A stretch of DNA of 34,904 nt from an uncultured Victivallales bacterium. Its GTDB lineage: Bacteria; Verrucomicrobiota; Lentisphaeria; Victivallales; UBA1829. The notes under the pieces are model-generated. The model was not told where the DNA came from. It made no database searches and saw only the letters and a list, made by a program, of their open reading frames with translations. A program made the translations under genes and the position numbers. Shown here piece after piece: positions 9,508 to 18,722 of the stretch. Each line of letters opens with the position of its first letter. Positions within the stretch are counted from its first letter, which is position 1. Where the stretch lies: the NCBI GenBank assembly GCA_944389445.1, contig CALXMJ010000083.1:1-34904 (forward strand), in the 5' to 3' direction.

Positions 9508-10354
9508 GAGCAGAGTGAAGCATATTTCTTTGTTTGAAAAAAGTGCGATATTCAGTTGGAGAACGGCCGGTATGCTTTTTCATGAATCGAGAAAGATAGA
9601 ATTCCGAACTGAAAGCAAGTTTTCCCGCCACCTCTCTCAAAGTAATTGACGGATCAGCAAGAAGAGCCATTACTTTCCGCAGAAGTATATTGGTCAGATA
9701 TGTTTTTGGTGTTAGCTTAAACCTGTTTTTGAATCTTCTGCGGAAAACATCCGCATTCATTTCCATTTTTTCAGCCAGTGATTCCACTGTCATTAACGCA
9801 TTGCATTGTTCAGAAATAAACGGCAGCAATCGGTCTAAAATCGGATCGGATTTTTGCATTTCACTCTCGGTTCCTTCCGGCCAATGTTTCAAAAAGAAAT
9901 CCAGCAGCAAAGCGCGGATGCGGCAAACTTGCCGCATTGCATTTTCATCCTGCCAAATCCGGGCCATTTCCTGAATCATTGCAGAGGCGTCTCCTTCAAG
10001 GCATTGAGAATTTTCCGAATTGAAAAGATCTATCCCTGGAAATTTTTCAAAACCAACATGAAATGTATAATACATAATTCCAGGTTGGAGACAGTAATCA
10101 GCCGCTTGCCCGCTTGGAATAAAATAAAAATGATTTTCCTTCAGAATACGGGAAAAACCAATTCCGTTGTCGATAAAACTCTCTCCTGAATTATCGCTTT
10201 CAAATACAAGAACCAAAATATTGTAAGGGAAAACGCATCTGTCATGAAACGACAGGCGTTCTTTGCGGAGAAGATGCAGAACAATCATGTTCGATGCATT
10301 GAACAACGAGAGATGACTTTTATCTTCAATGTCGGGAAAGTGCATGATTTCCAT
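9503..10354 (-). CDS. AraC-family transcriptional regulator
   Basis: C-terminal HTH pair (TVESLAEKMEM...TLREVAGKLAFSSEFYLSRFMKKHTGRSPTEYR); divergent from the SDR-GRE operon. Confidence 0.9.
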   Translation of the reverse strand: MEIMHFPDIEDKSHLSLFNASNMIVLHLLRKERLSFHDRCVFPYNILVLVFESDNSGESFIDNGIGFSRILKENHFYFIPSGQAADYCLQPGIMYYTFHVGFEKFPGIDLFNSENSQCLEGDASAMIQEMARIWQDENAMRQVCRIRALLLDFFLKHWPEGTESEMQKSDPILDRLLPFISEQCNALMTVESLAEKMEMNADVFRRRFKNRFKLTPKTYLTNILLRKVMALLADPSITLREVAGKLAFSSEFYLSRFMKKHTGRSPTEYRTFFKQRNMLHSAR

Positions 10355-10434
10355 TATAAAAATCCATTCCTTTTGCCTTTTTTTGATATATAATAATATA
10401 CAAAGAAATTACAAAAAAACAAAGAGCGGTTCAA

Positions 10435-11202
10435 ATGAAAAAAAATGATCTTGACTTTACCGGAAAGACAGCAATCGTTACCGGAGGAAGGCGCGGTATC
10501 GGGCGGGCCATAGCGTTGGCGTATGCCGAACATGGCGCAGAAGTGGCAGTCATTGCAAAGAACCATGATGGAAGCGGGATTCTTGCCGATCTGGAAAAAA
10601 CAGGAACGCCGGGACATTATTTTTCATGCGACATCGGTGACGAATCGTCACGCCGCGGCTTAATCGCCGAAGTCGTGAAACAATTGGGAGGGCGGCTTGA
10701 TATTCTGGTGAACAACGCAGGAATGCAATTCGTTGAAACCATAGAAAACTGTACTGAAGACAACTGGAAAAAAAGCGAAGCGCTTATGCTGGATGCTCCC
10801 TATGACTTTTCCAGGCAGGCGATCCCCTTTATGAAAGCCCAACACAATGGAAAGATAATCATGATCTCGTCCATTTGCGCCATACGGGAAGGCGGTGCAA
10901 ATTTCGGCTATGGAGTCATGAAAGCCGGAGTTGCCGCCATGGCTCGCTGCATGGCGAATTCGCTTGCTCAATACAACATTCAGGTCAATGCGATCGCTCC
11001 CGGTATTATTCGTACTGATCTGACAGAGCGGCAAGGTTGTTTTGAGGATCACCGTTACAAGTCCGTTATTCAGAAATATCCGGCCGGACGTTTGGGAGAA
11101 CCGGAGGAAATCGCCGGAGTCGCTTTGTTTCTCGGCAGTAACTTGAGTTCATTTATGGATGGGCAGCTGTTGATTGTAGATGGCGGCTTTTCCGGTAATT
11201 AA
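10435..11202 (+). CDS. Short-chain dehydrogenase/reductase (SDR)
   Basis: TGGRRGIG, LVNNAG, YGVMK (YxxxK), VNAIAPG and VDGG motifs. Confidence 0.95.
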   Translation: MKKNDLDFTGKTAIVTGGRRGIGRAIALAYAEHGAEVAVIAKNHDGSGILADLEKTGTPGHYFSCDIGDESSRRGLIAEVVKQLGGRLDILVNNAGMQFVETIENCTEDNWKKSEALMLDAPYDFSRQAIPFMKAQHNGKIIMISSICAIREGGANFGYGVMKAGVAAMARCMANSLAQYNIQVNAIAPGIIRTDLTERQGCFEDHRYKSVIQKYPAGRLGEPEEIAGVALFLGSNLSSFMDGQLLIVDGGFSGN

Positions 11203-11221
11203 CTGAAATATGGAGTTTTTT

Positions 11222-13468
11222 ATGAAATATGCAGAAATCAAGCGGGAATGGGGAAATTACTATCGTGGGATATCATCCCATTGTGTCTCAAGGCCGTTCA
11301 ACCCTCTGAAAAAGGAGATGGACGCTTTCGCGGAGGCCAATCCCGGTCTTTCCCCCATGATGCTCAAGGCCGGACAATATGAAATCATCGCCGATAAATT
11401 CATACCGGTTTTGCTGCCGCATAATCCGTTTTTCTTTGAAACCGGTCTGAAAATGGCGGAATATGATGGCCGCGTTGATCTGAGTTCCGGCGGCTGGTTG
11501 TATTTACGCAATGTGGCGCTGTATTCAGATTCTCCGGAAAAGGCCGCAGATTACAGGCGGTACTGCTATGGCGATTTGATCGGTCTGCATCTGTCGTACG
11601 GGCCGTACTATGATTACGATCACCACTGTTTCCCGTTCTCCAACATGCTGGAACTGGGATTGTCCGGTATATTGAAGCGTCTTGAAGAGGGACATGCCGG
11701 AAATACGGAACCGGAAAAAGCCGAATTCTATGAAGCTGCCCGGCGCGGCATTCTGGCAGTTCGGAAAATCGCCGAAAAGTTTGCCGCCGCCGCAGAGGAG
11801 AAACTCGCCTCGGCCGAATCTCCGGAGGAAAGGAAAAATCTGGAACGGATACGGACGGCCGCACGCCGGATACCGTGGAATCCGCCGCAGACATTTTACG
11901 AAGGCCTGGAATGCCTTTGGTTCTTCCATGAGCTCGGCAGTGTTCTCGACGGCATCGGCATGTCCGTTCTGGGGTCTCCCGACCGCCAGCTTATCCGGCT
12001 TTACCGCCGGGATATTCAGGAGAAACGCCTGACTGAAGCGGAAGCCTACGAACTGATCTGCCTGTATATGCTTCAGACGGACAGCAAACTTGATTTCGAC
12101 CGTCCGATTGAGGGGCAGTTCAACGCCGGAGAACAGGGAGACACGCTGATTCTTGGCGGTCTGGATGAGAGCGGCAATGATGTGACCAATGAACTCACCT
12201 TCCTTTTTCTGAAGGCGCATCGCGAATTGAAACTGACCTATCCCAAAATTCATATCCGTTTCAGTTCCAGGACGCCGGCAGTTCTGTTCCAGGAGGCGGC
12301 CAAAGACTTTCTGGCCGACCGGAACGTGCTGTCGTTTCTGAACGACGACATTGTCATCCCGTCCCAGATCATGGCGGGCAAAACGCCTGAAAGCGCAGCA
12401 AGGTATGTGGCGGGCGGCTGCTGGGAGAACATTCTGGAGGGATATGAGCACAGTCAGGGCGCCAACAGCTATTTCAGTCTCGGAAAATGCGTTGATCTGA
12501 GTATCCATGAGGAGAATGAGGATGAAAAGTCACTTGAACTGCCGTTCCGGAAACTTGACGGCGCCACTTCGTTCGAGGGGGTCTATTCCATTGTAATGGA
12601 TAATATAAAACTGGCGCTGCATCAGCTTTTCAGCATCCAGCAGAAATATGGCGCTCTGTGGACGCAGGTCAATCCCTGTCCGTTTTTCTCCGCCTGTCTG
12701 AACGGCTGCGCCGAAAGCGGCCGGGACTATTCCGCGGGCGGAGCATGTTACAGTCCGCATGGCATTCCGTTCACCGGGGTTGCGGTACTGGTAGATTCCC
12801 TGCTCGCGCTGAAGACGATCTGTTTCGGAGAAAATCCCGTTCCGCTGCCGCGCCTCCTCGCAGTGATCCGCAATGACTGGCGTGATGCGGAGGCGCTGCG
12901 CTGCCGGGCTATGGCTTCTCCGCATCTGGGCGACGGCAAGGGGGAAGCCGCACGGTTGACGGCTCGCATTCTCAATGACCTAGCGGATTATGTCGCCGGT
13001 TTCCGCAACGAATTGGGCGGAATATATCAGTGCGGGCTCTACAGTTACCGTGATATCATCGACTGGGCGAAGGTCACCCGGGCGACACCGGATGGCCGCA
13101 GAGCCGGAGATTTTCTCTCGCAGGGACTGACCCCGGCGCGGACGCACGCCGATGCCGTAACGCAGGTATTCTCCGACACGGCGTCGTTGCCGCTGCTCCG
13201 CTTCCCGGCCAATTCCGTGCTGACCTTGAGCCTGTCGAAGAACGGTCTGACGGAGGCGCTGCTGAGCGGGTTCCTGAAAGCGTGGGTACTTGTCCGCGGA
13301 AGCGGTATGCTGCAGCTGAACTGCATCAGCCGGGAAGAGCTTGAGGATGCGCAGAAAAATCCGCAGAATCATGCTTCGCTGATTGTCCGGCTCTACGGAT
13401 ATTCCGCAAAATTCATCACGCTTTCAGAAGAAAAGCAGCGTGAATTCATCTCCCGCAACATATACTGA
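11222..13468 (+). CDS. Glycyl radical enzyme (PFL-like superfamily), substrate unknown
   Basis: P.TFYEGL, Cys loop GGCWEN, ATPDGRRAG, LQLNC, Gly loop LIVRLYGYSAKF; activase adjacent. GGAG RBS favours the ATG at 11222 (ORF opens at 11210). Confidence 0.9.
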   Translation: MKYAEIKREWGNYYRGISSHCVSRPFNPLKKEMDAFAEANPGLSPMMLKAGQYEIIADKFIPVLLPHNPFFFETGLKMAEYDGRVDLSSGGWLYLRNVALYSDSPEKAADYRRYCYGDLIGLHLSYGPYYDYDHHCFPFSNMLELGLSGILKRLEEGHAGNTEPEKAEFYEAARRGILAVRKIAEKFAAAAEEKLASAESPEERKNLERIRTAARRIPWNPPQTFYEGLECLWFFHELGSVLDGIGMSVLGSPDRQLIRLYRRDIQEKRLTEAEAYELICLYMLQTDSKLDFDRPIEGQFNAGEQGDTLILGGLDESGNDVTNELTFLFLKAHRELKLTYPKIHIRFSSRTPAVLFQEAAKDFLADRNVLSFLNDDIVIPSQIMAGKTPESAARYVAGGCWENILEGYEHSQGANSYFSLGKCVDLSIHEENEDEKSLELPFRKLDGATSFEGVYSIVMDNIKLALHQLFSIQQKYGALWTQVNPCPFFSACLNGCAESGRDYSAGGACYSPHGIPFTGVAVLVDSLLALKTICFGENPVPLPRLLAVIRNDWRDAEALRCRAMASPHLGDGKGEAARLTARILNDLADYVAGFRNELGGIYQCGLYSYRDIIDWAKVTRATPDGRRAGDFLSQGLTPARTHADAVTQVFSDTASLPLLRFPANSVLTLSLSKNGLTEALLSGFLKAWVLVRGSGMLQLNCISREELEDAQKNPQNHASLIVRLYGYSAKFITLSEEKQREFISRNIY

Positions 13469-13471
13469 GAG

Positions 13472-14389
13472 ATGCCGCCTGATATGACCGCTGCTGATAC
13501 AAAAATCTTTGATATCGGACACTTCTCCGTGCATGACGGGCCGGGCATCCGCACGACTGTGTTTCTGAAAGGATGTCCTTTACGGTGCCTCTGGTGCCAT
13601 AACCCGGAATCGCAGTCAGAAAAAAGTGAAATATTCTTTACCCCGTCCCGGTGTGTGGGCTGCGGAGCGTGTTTCACTGTCTGCCCGGCGTCATGCCACC
13701 GCATGGAAAACAAGATGCATCTCTTTGACCGGAAACGATGCACGCAATGCGGGATTTGCGCCGCAAACTGTCCCGCCGGCGCCCTTGAGTTGTGCGGCAG
13801 GCATCTTTCACCGGAAGAAGTCATGGCGGAAGTTCTGAAAGACCGGGTTTTTTATGAAACTTCAGGCGGCGGCATGACGGTTTCCGGCGGGGAGCCGCTG
13901 GCGCACTTCGATTATCTGTTCCACCTGCTTTCACTGGCCCGGAAGGAGAAAATCCATACCTGCGTTGAAACATCCGGCTATGCTTCGTTCGAGCATATCC
14001 GCGCCCTGATTCCGCTGGTCAGTCTGTGGCTGTGGGATTTCAAGGCTTCCGAAGCGGATCACCGCAGGCTTACCGGCGTGGAGGCGGAGCGGATCCGCGG
14101 CAACCTGCGAAAGCTCGATGCGTGCGGCGCGCCGCTGGTTTTACGTTGCCCATGGATTCCGGAGATCAACGATTCCTCCGCTTACAGCGAGGAACTTCTT
14201 GAAATCTCGGCAGAGCTGAAAAGTGTCAGGAGAATTGAAATCGAACCCTACCAGCCATTAGGAGAGGACAAATATAAGCGTCTGGGACGGCCATTGCTCT
14301 GTGAAGCGAAATTCCCTTCAAAAAAGGCGAGCGGGGATTACCTGAAATTCCTTCAGAACCGGACAAACATCCCGGTCGTCGAGGGGTAA
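13472..14389 (+). CDS. Glycyl-radical enzyme activating enzyme (radical SAM with 2x[4Fe-4S] ferredoxin insert)
   Basis: HDGPGIRTTVFLKGCPLRCLWCHNPES, CVGCGACFTVCP, CTQCGICAANCP and SGGEP. Confidence 0.95.
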   Translation: MPPDMTAADTKIFDIGHFSVHDGPGIRTTVFLKGCPLRCLWCHNPESQSEKSEIFFTPSRCVGCGACFTVCPASCHRMENKMHLFDRKRCTQCGICAANCPAGALELCGRHLSPEEVMAEVLKDRVFYETSGGGMTVSGGEPLAHFDYLFHLLSLARKEKIHTCVETSGYASFEHIRALIPLVSLWLWDFKASEADHRRLTGVEAERIRGNLRKLDACGAPLVLRCPWIPEINDSSAYSEELLEISAELKSVRRIEIEPYQPLGEDKYKRLGRPLLCEAKFPSKKASGDYLKFLQNRTNIPVVEG

Positions 14390-14610
14390 CAACAAGCCGT
14401 CCGAACGCCTCACCTGGAACATCCGAAAGAACTGCCTCTTTGCCGGAAACGAAGCCGGTGGGCAGCGTCTCGCAACTGTATTCATTCGCTGCAACATGCA
14501 AAGCGAACGGCATCTGCTTTCGCAAGTGGCTCGAAGACGGTCTGCCGCGTTTGAATTCCACTCCAGCAGAGCAGATTGATTCTCTGATCCCCAAGGGAGA
14601 AGTAAAATAG
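14388..14610 (+). mobile_element. IS66-family transposase (TnpC) C-terminal remnant, frameshifted
   Basis: NN..SER...RKNCLFAGNEAGGQRLA/YSFAATCKANGICFRKWLEDGLPRLNSTPAEQIDSLIP matches the IS66 TnpC C-terminal pattern (RKNWLF.G...G...A..YS...TCK.NG). Confidence 0.8.
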
Positions 14611-14643
14611 TCAATGAGCTCAGGCTCATTATTATGAAGCGGG

Positions 14644-14721
14644 GAATGCCGTCTGGTGCTCAAACGCCAGACGGCATCATTTTCTCCTAGCTCTAATTTT
14701 TTCCAAAGCTCTCCGCGATAT
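14644..14721 (+). repeat. ~78-bp dispersed direct repeat with hairpin, copy 2
   Basis: Perfect 11-bp stem ATGCCGTCTGG-N10-CCAGACGGCAT; matches 9133-9210. Confidence 0.85.
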
Positions 14722-14883
14722 GTGAATTTTTACAACTCCGGGCGGATTCATTCGGCACTCCATATCGGACGCCGGATGAAGTCTGTTTCGGTACTTGCAA
14801 TCGGCCAACAATGGGATATAGTAAACCAAGACTTTTACACTAATTTTCCCATAAAAATTGTCTAGGCGGCAGGGCGATACGCA
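14716..14883 (+). mobile_element. IS3-family remnant: integrase C-terminus plus probable right end
   Basis: RYVNFYNSGRIHSAL/YRTPDEV (YN..R.HS.L.Y.TP motif, frameshifted), stop at 14841-14843, then ...TTGTCTAGGCGGCAGGGCGATACGCA ending in CA. Confidence 0.7.
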
Positions 14884-14933
14884 TTATTCTCTGAATGTCT
14901 GAGCTTTATAAAACCAGAAACGAGTATAAAATT

Positions 14934-17231
14934 ATGAAACCATGGGAATTGCAATATTTTTCTCCGTCACCGCAGAGTGAAGTCAGAAAACGTCCGGCGT
15001 GGAAACTGCTGGATGACGGAACCTATGAGATTCATACCGGCTGGGGCGGCGAGGAGCCCGGATGGGAGCAGTGGGCTCTTCCGCTCGGATGCGGCTGGTT
15101 CGGAACAAAGATCTTCGGGGGAGTCCCGCTTGAACGGATTCAAATTACGGAAAACTCCCTTGCCAATCCTTACCCGGAGGGACTCAACAGTTTTGCGGAA
15201 CTCTTTCTGGAAACCGGTCATGAGGAATACACCGGCTACCGGCGTGCCCTTTCGCTGGACGATGCGGTCGCCGAGACGGAATATGTCAGCGGCGGGGTCC
15301 GATACCATCGCGAATGTTTCAACTCCTATCCCGACCGCGTTGCCGTCCTGCGGATTACCGCCTCGAAACCTGGAGCAGTAAGCGGTCGGATCTTCGCGAT
15401 CCTTCCCTTTCTCAAGGAGTTCGGGGCACAGCCCGGTGACGGCAAAGGAAAATCCGGAAAAATCTATTACGAAAACAATCGGATTGTCATGTCCGGTCAT
15501 ATGGACTATTATGAAATCGACTACGAAGGCGAGATCCGTGTACAGGCGGAAAACGGAGTCGTAAGTGCCGATTCAAACGGCATTTCGATCAAAGAGGCGG
15601 ACCGCCTGACTCTCTATTTCTCGTGCGGCACAAACTATTGTCTGGAAAGCAGGGTTTTCGAAGAGAAGGACCCGAAAAAGAAACTTGCGCCGTATCCGCA
15701 TCCGCAGGAGAAAATCCGGCAGACGCTCGACCGGGCTCTCAAACTCGGATTCGAGGAACTCAAGCTCCGTCATCTGGAGGATTATCACGACCTTTTCCGA
15801 CGAGCTGAGATTGATCTGGGAGGCGTTCGGGAGCCGGACAAAGGCACCGATCTTCTGCTGGAAGAATATAAAGCGGGAAAAGAATCCCGTTATCTGGAGG
15901 AACTCTACTTTCAGTACGGCCGTTATCTGCTGATCTGTTCCTCGCGGAAACAGACTCTTCCATGCAATCTTCAAGGCGTCTGGAATGTCTACGATTCCAG
16001 CCCTTGGAGCTGCGGCTACTGGCACAACATCAATGTGCAGATGAACTACTGGCCCGTTTTTTCCTGTAATCTGACCGAACTGTTTGAATCCTATGCGGAT
16101 TATCATAAGGCCTATCTTCCTCAGGCGCGGAAATACGCCGCACAGTATCTGAAGGAGATAAATCCGGATCAGACACATTCCGAATGCGGCTGGACGATCG
16201 GAACCGGAGCATGGCCCTATCGGATCTCCGCGCCCTCCGCGAAAGGGCATTCGGGACCCGGAACGGGTGGCTTGACGGCAAAACTTTTCTGGGAATACTA
16301 CGATTTCACAAGGAATCCGGAGATCCTGCGCAGAATCTATCCGATTCTCCGGGGAATGTCCGTTTTTCTGTTTCACTGTCTCCGGAAACGCGGAGATGTG
16401 TTTCTTGCCGTGCCCTCCGCTTCGCCGGAACAGGTGGATGTCTCGCCGGAACAGAAAGGCTATCTCCATACGGAAGGGTGCGCCTTCGATCAGCAGATGA
16501 TTTATGAGACCTTTCACGATACACTCCGTGCCGCGGAAGCATTGCAGATCGAAGAGCCATTCCTGAATACGATTCGCGAAATTCTGCCTCATCTGGAGCC
16601 GGTTCTCATCGGAGACTCCGGACAGATCAAGGAGTTCCGTGAGGAACACGAATACGGGGAATTCGGAGAAAAGCATCATCGCCATATCTCCCAGCTCATC
16701 GGACTGATGCCGGGAACCATCATCAGCGAGAAGACGCCGGAGTGGATGGAAGCCGCGCGCGTTTCCCTCACGAAACGCGGCGATCTTTCCACAGGATGGG
16801 CGATGGCTCACCGTCTGAATGCCTGGGCAAGACTCGGCGACGGGGAACATGCCTTCCGCCTTCTTCAGACGCTTCTTTCCAAAGGGACTCTTCCCAATCT
16901 ATGGGATACGCATCCTCCGTTCCAGATCGACGGCAATCTTGGTGGAACCGCAGGGATTGCGGAGATGCTTCTGCAATCGCATTCGGGCAGGATCCGTCTT
17001 CTTCCCGCTCTTCCCGCCGTCTGGAAGAACGGATCGTTTTCCGGCCTCCGTGCCCGTGGAGCATTCGAACTTTCCGCCCGGTGGGAAGACGGCATTCTGA
17101 CGCGGCTCATCATAAAATCAGAGCGTGGCGGCGAATGTCGTCTGGTCGGTCCGGGAATCCCCGGCGGAGAGAACGGACTTCATCTCCGCCTGACCGCGGG
17201 AGAAGAGCGGAACATTATTCCGGCAACGTAA
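14934..17231 (+). CDS. GH95 glycoside hydrolase (alpha-L-fucosidase/alpha-L-galactosidase family), no signal peptide
   Basis: FQYGRYLLICSSR, LQGVWN, NINVQMNYW, SPE, HRHISQL, TGWAMA.R...WARL, NLWDTHPPFQIDGN. Alternative start at 14895. Confidence 0.93.
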   Translation: MKPWELQYFSPSPQSEVRKRPAWKLLDDGTYEIHTGWGGEEPGWEQWALPLGCGWFGTKIFGGVPLERIQITENSLANPYPEGLNSFAELFLETGHEEYTGYRRALSLDDAVAETEYVSGGVRYHRECFNSYPDRVAVLRITASKPGAVSGRIFAILPFLKEFGAQPGDGKGKSGKIYYENNRIVMSGHMDYYEIDYEGEIRVQAENGVVSADSNGISIKEADRLTLYFSCGTNYCLESRVFEEKDPKKKLAPYPHPQEKIRQTLDRALKLGFEELKLRHLEDYHDLFRRAEIDLGGVREPDKGTDLLLEEYKAGKESRYLEELYFQYGRYLLICSSRKQTLPCNLQGVWNVYDSSPWSCGYWHNINVQMNYWPVFSCNLTELFESYADYHKAYLPQARKYAAQYLKEINPDQTHSECGWTIGTGAWPYRISAPSAKGHSGPGTGGLTAKLFWEYYDFTRNPEILRRIYPILRGMSVFLFHCLRKRGDVFLAVPSASPEQVDVSPEQKGYLHTEGCAFDQQMIYETFHDTLRAAEALQIEEPFLNTIREILPHLEPVLIGDSGQIKEFREEHEYGEFGEKHHRHISQLIGLMPGTIISEKTPEWMEAARVSLTKRGDLSTGWAMAHRLNAWARLGDGEHAFRLLQTLLSKGTLPNLWDTHPPFQIDGNLGGTAGIAEMLLQSHSGRIRLLPALPAVWKNGSFSGLRARGAFELSARWEDGILTRLIIKSERGGECRLVGPGIPGGENGLHLRLTAGEERNIIPAT

Positions 17232-18558
17232 TTTCAAACTCGTTCTTCCAAGAGGACGACAGAAGAATTTCAGCAGGGAAACAACCGGAATCCGTTTGAA
17301 TTTCCAGATGATACGGCCCGTAAAATCCACGGAAATATTCCATTCCTTTTTCGGTATCATATTCCAGAATGCCGCTCGTATTCCATTCGTCGCGGATCAG
17401 ATGCTTCAGAACGGAAAAGACCGGTTTTTCACTCAGTTCCGCATCGTTGTTCAGAAGACCGCCGAACGCTTTGTTTTCGTTGTAGATCGGTTCATCGGGA
17501 TTTTCCGGCAGCTGGGCTGTATTGTCGACGAGGTTCCAGTAGACAATTCCGTTGAGAGCTGGGTGCGAAAACCAGAGCCGATACAGCCGTTCCGCCATTT
17601 TCGCCTGAAAATCGAACCGATCCGGACCGATCATCTCGTACGCCGTCAGCGTAATCTCTGAAATGTTAATGGGAATTCCGAGTCCAGCATACAGGTCCAG
17701 CATCCGGAATTGATTGAGTGCGTTGAGCTTGTATTCGCTCCATTTGAGCATGTCCGGAAATGCGGCGCACATCAGGTGGAACTGGAGTCCGAGCCCGTCC
17801 ACCTTCCGGCCGCTGCGGAGCAGGTGCCGGACAAGCATGAACAGCGGTGTATATTCTTTATTGTATCCTTCCCAGCAGTTGAAATCGTTATAGTGAAGCA
17901 CGGCGGATTCGGGAAAATAGCGTTTCGCAAGATCAAAACCGAATTCCACCTGGCGGTACGGCAGTTCCCGGATGTCGTTTCTCCAGAGACTGAGTCCCTC
18001 GTTGACGACATCCCAGAGCGGAATCCGTTCCCCGTACCGCTCCGCGATCCGGCGAATTCGCCGCTCCCATTTGAGTTTGAGTCCGGCATCGGCCGTGAGC
18101 CAGGACGGAAGATTGCACTGCCAGAGCAGCGGATGCCCTTTGGGTGTCAAATGTGCGGATTCAGCCCATTCCAGGAGTTCGTCCACGGCGGGACGGCGGA
18201 AAAATTTCGGAGAATCTTTTGCAAACCGCTCCTTTCCCGGTTCCGGTTCCAGACCATCCCAGTAAAACGGCACAACAACTGTGTTGAAAAGCTCCTTGAA
18301 TTTCCGCTCGTACTCCTCATTTTTTCTTTCGGTGTCAAACTGCCGGTACATAAAACCGTTGCAGCCGAATTTGAATTCGTGTCCGGTCTGACGGAATCGG
18401 ACAGTCGCTTTCGAAACGGCTGATCCGTCCTGGTGTTTGAGAATCAGATGCGCCTGTCCTTTGCGGTTCAGCTCGGTTCCATGCTCGATTCGGGCTTCCA
18501 CTTCCGGATTTTCGCGAAGCAGCGAACGGCTGACCGCTTGAATAAATTCATTTTCCAT
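17215..18558 (-). CDS. GH10 family glycoside hydrolase (xylanase-like), no signal peptide
   Basis: KGHPLLW, WDVVNE (acid/base), YND, DGLGLQFH, INISE (nucleophile); GAGGAGG RBS before the ATG at 18558. Confidence 0.88.
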   Translation of the reverse strand: MENEFIQAVSRSLLRENPEVEARIEHGTELNRKGQAHLILKHQDGSAVSKATVRFRQTGHEFKFGCNGFMYRQFDTERKNEEYERKFKELFNTVVVPFYWDGLEPEPGKERFAKDSPKFFRRPAVDELLEWAESAHLTPKGHPLLWQCNLPSWLTADAGLKLKWERRIRRIAERYGERIPLWDVVNEGLSLWRNDIRELPYRQVEFGFDLAKRYFPESAVLHYNDFNCWEGYNKEYTPLFMLVRHLLRSGRKVDGLGLQFHLMCAAFPDMLKWSEYKLNALNQFRMLDLYAGLGIPINISEITLTAYEMIGPDRFDFQAKMAERLYRLWFSHPALNGIVYWNLVDNTAQLPENPDEPIYNENKAFGGLLNNDAELSEKPVFSVLKHLIRDEWNTSGILEYDTEKGMEYFRGFYGPYHLEIQTDSGCFPAEILLSSSWKNEFEITLPE

Positions 18559-18604
18559 GAAGAATCCTCCTCTTGATTGGACAGGGAACAATATATCTGC
18601 TGTC

Positions 18605-18698
18605 GCGGGGAAAACAAAGAGGTGTTCAGCGTGTTAAAGCACTTTCCCCGCTTTTCCCGGCTTCCGCATCTTGTATCTTCCCTGTTTTTCAATATAAT
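18605..18698. promoter_or_regulatory. Divergent control region: 9-bp inverted repeat, imperfect palindrome and putative promoter
   Basis: GCGGGGAAA (18605-18613) and TTTCCCCGC (18643-18651) enclose GTGTTAAAGCAC (18631-18642). TTGTAT-16 nt-TATAAT lies at 18671-18698, upstream of the GntR gene. Confidence 0.4.
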
Positions 18699-18722
18699 TA
18701 ATAGCAGCAGAAGGAGACGATC

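Noticed and set aside
10438-10445. Other A8 runs (SDR start; 30527-30537 in GH2) as slippage sites
   Set aside because: The reading frames are intact, and no accompanying SD-like/hairpin signals or useful alternative frame were seen.
11222-13468. Calling the GRE pyruvate formate-lyase, or a fucose-linked propanediol dehydratase because GH95 is nearby
   Set aside because: It has no CC pair, its motifs differ from GCVE/RVAG, there are no microcompartment or fucose-pathway genes, and IS scars separate it from GH95.
14613-14630. Small hairpin AATGAGC-tcag-GCTCATT
   Set aside because: Weak AT-rich 7-bp stem within IS debris; function cannot be supported.
9133-14721. 36-bp palindromic repeat as a CRISPR repeat or tRNA-derived att site
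   Set aside because: There are only two copies 5.5 kb apart, with no spacers, cas genes, integrase or tRNA-like fold.
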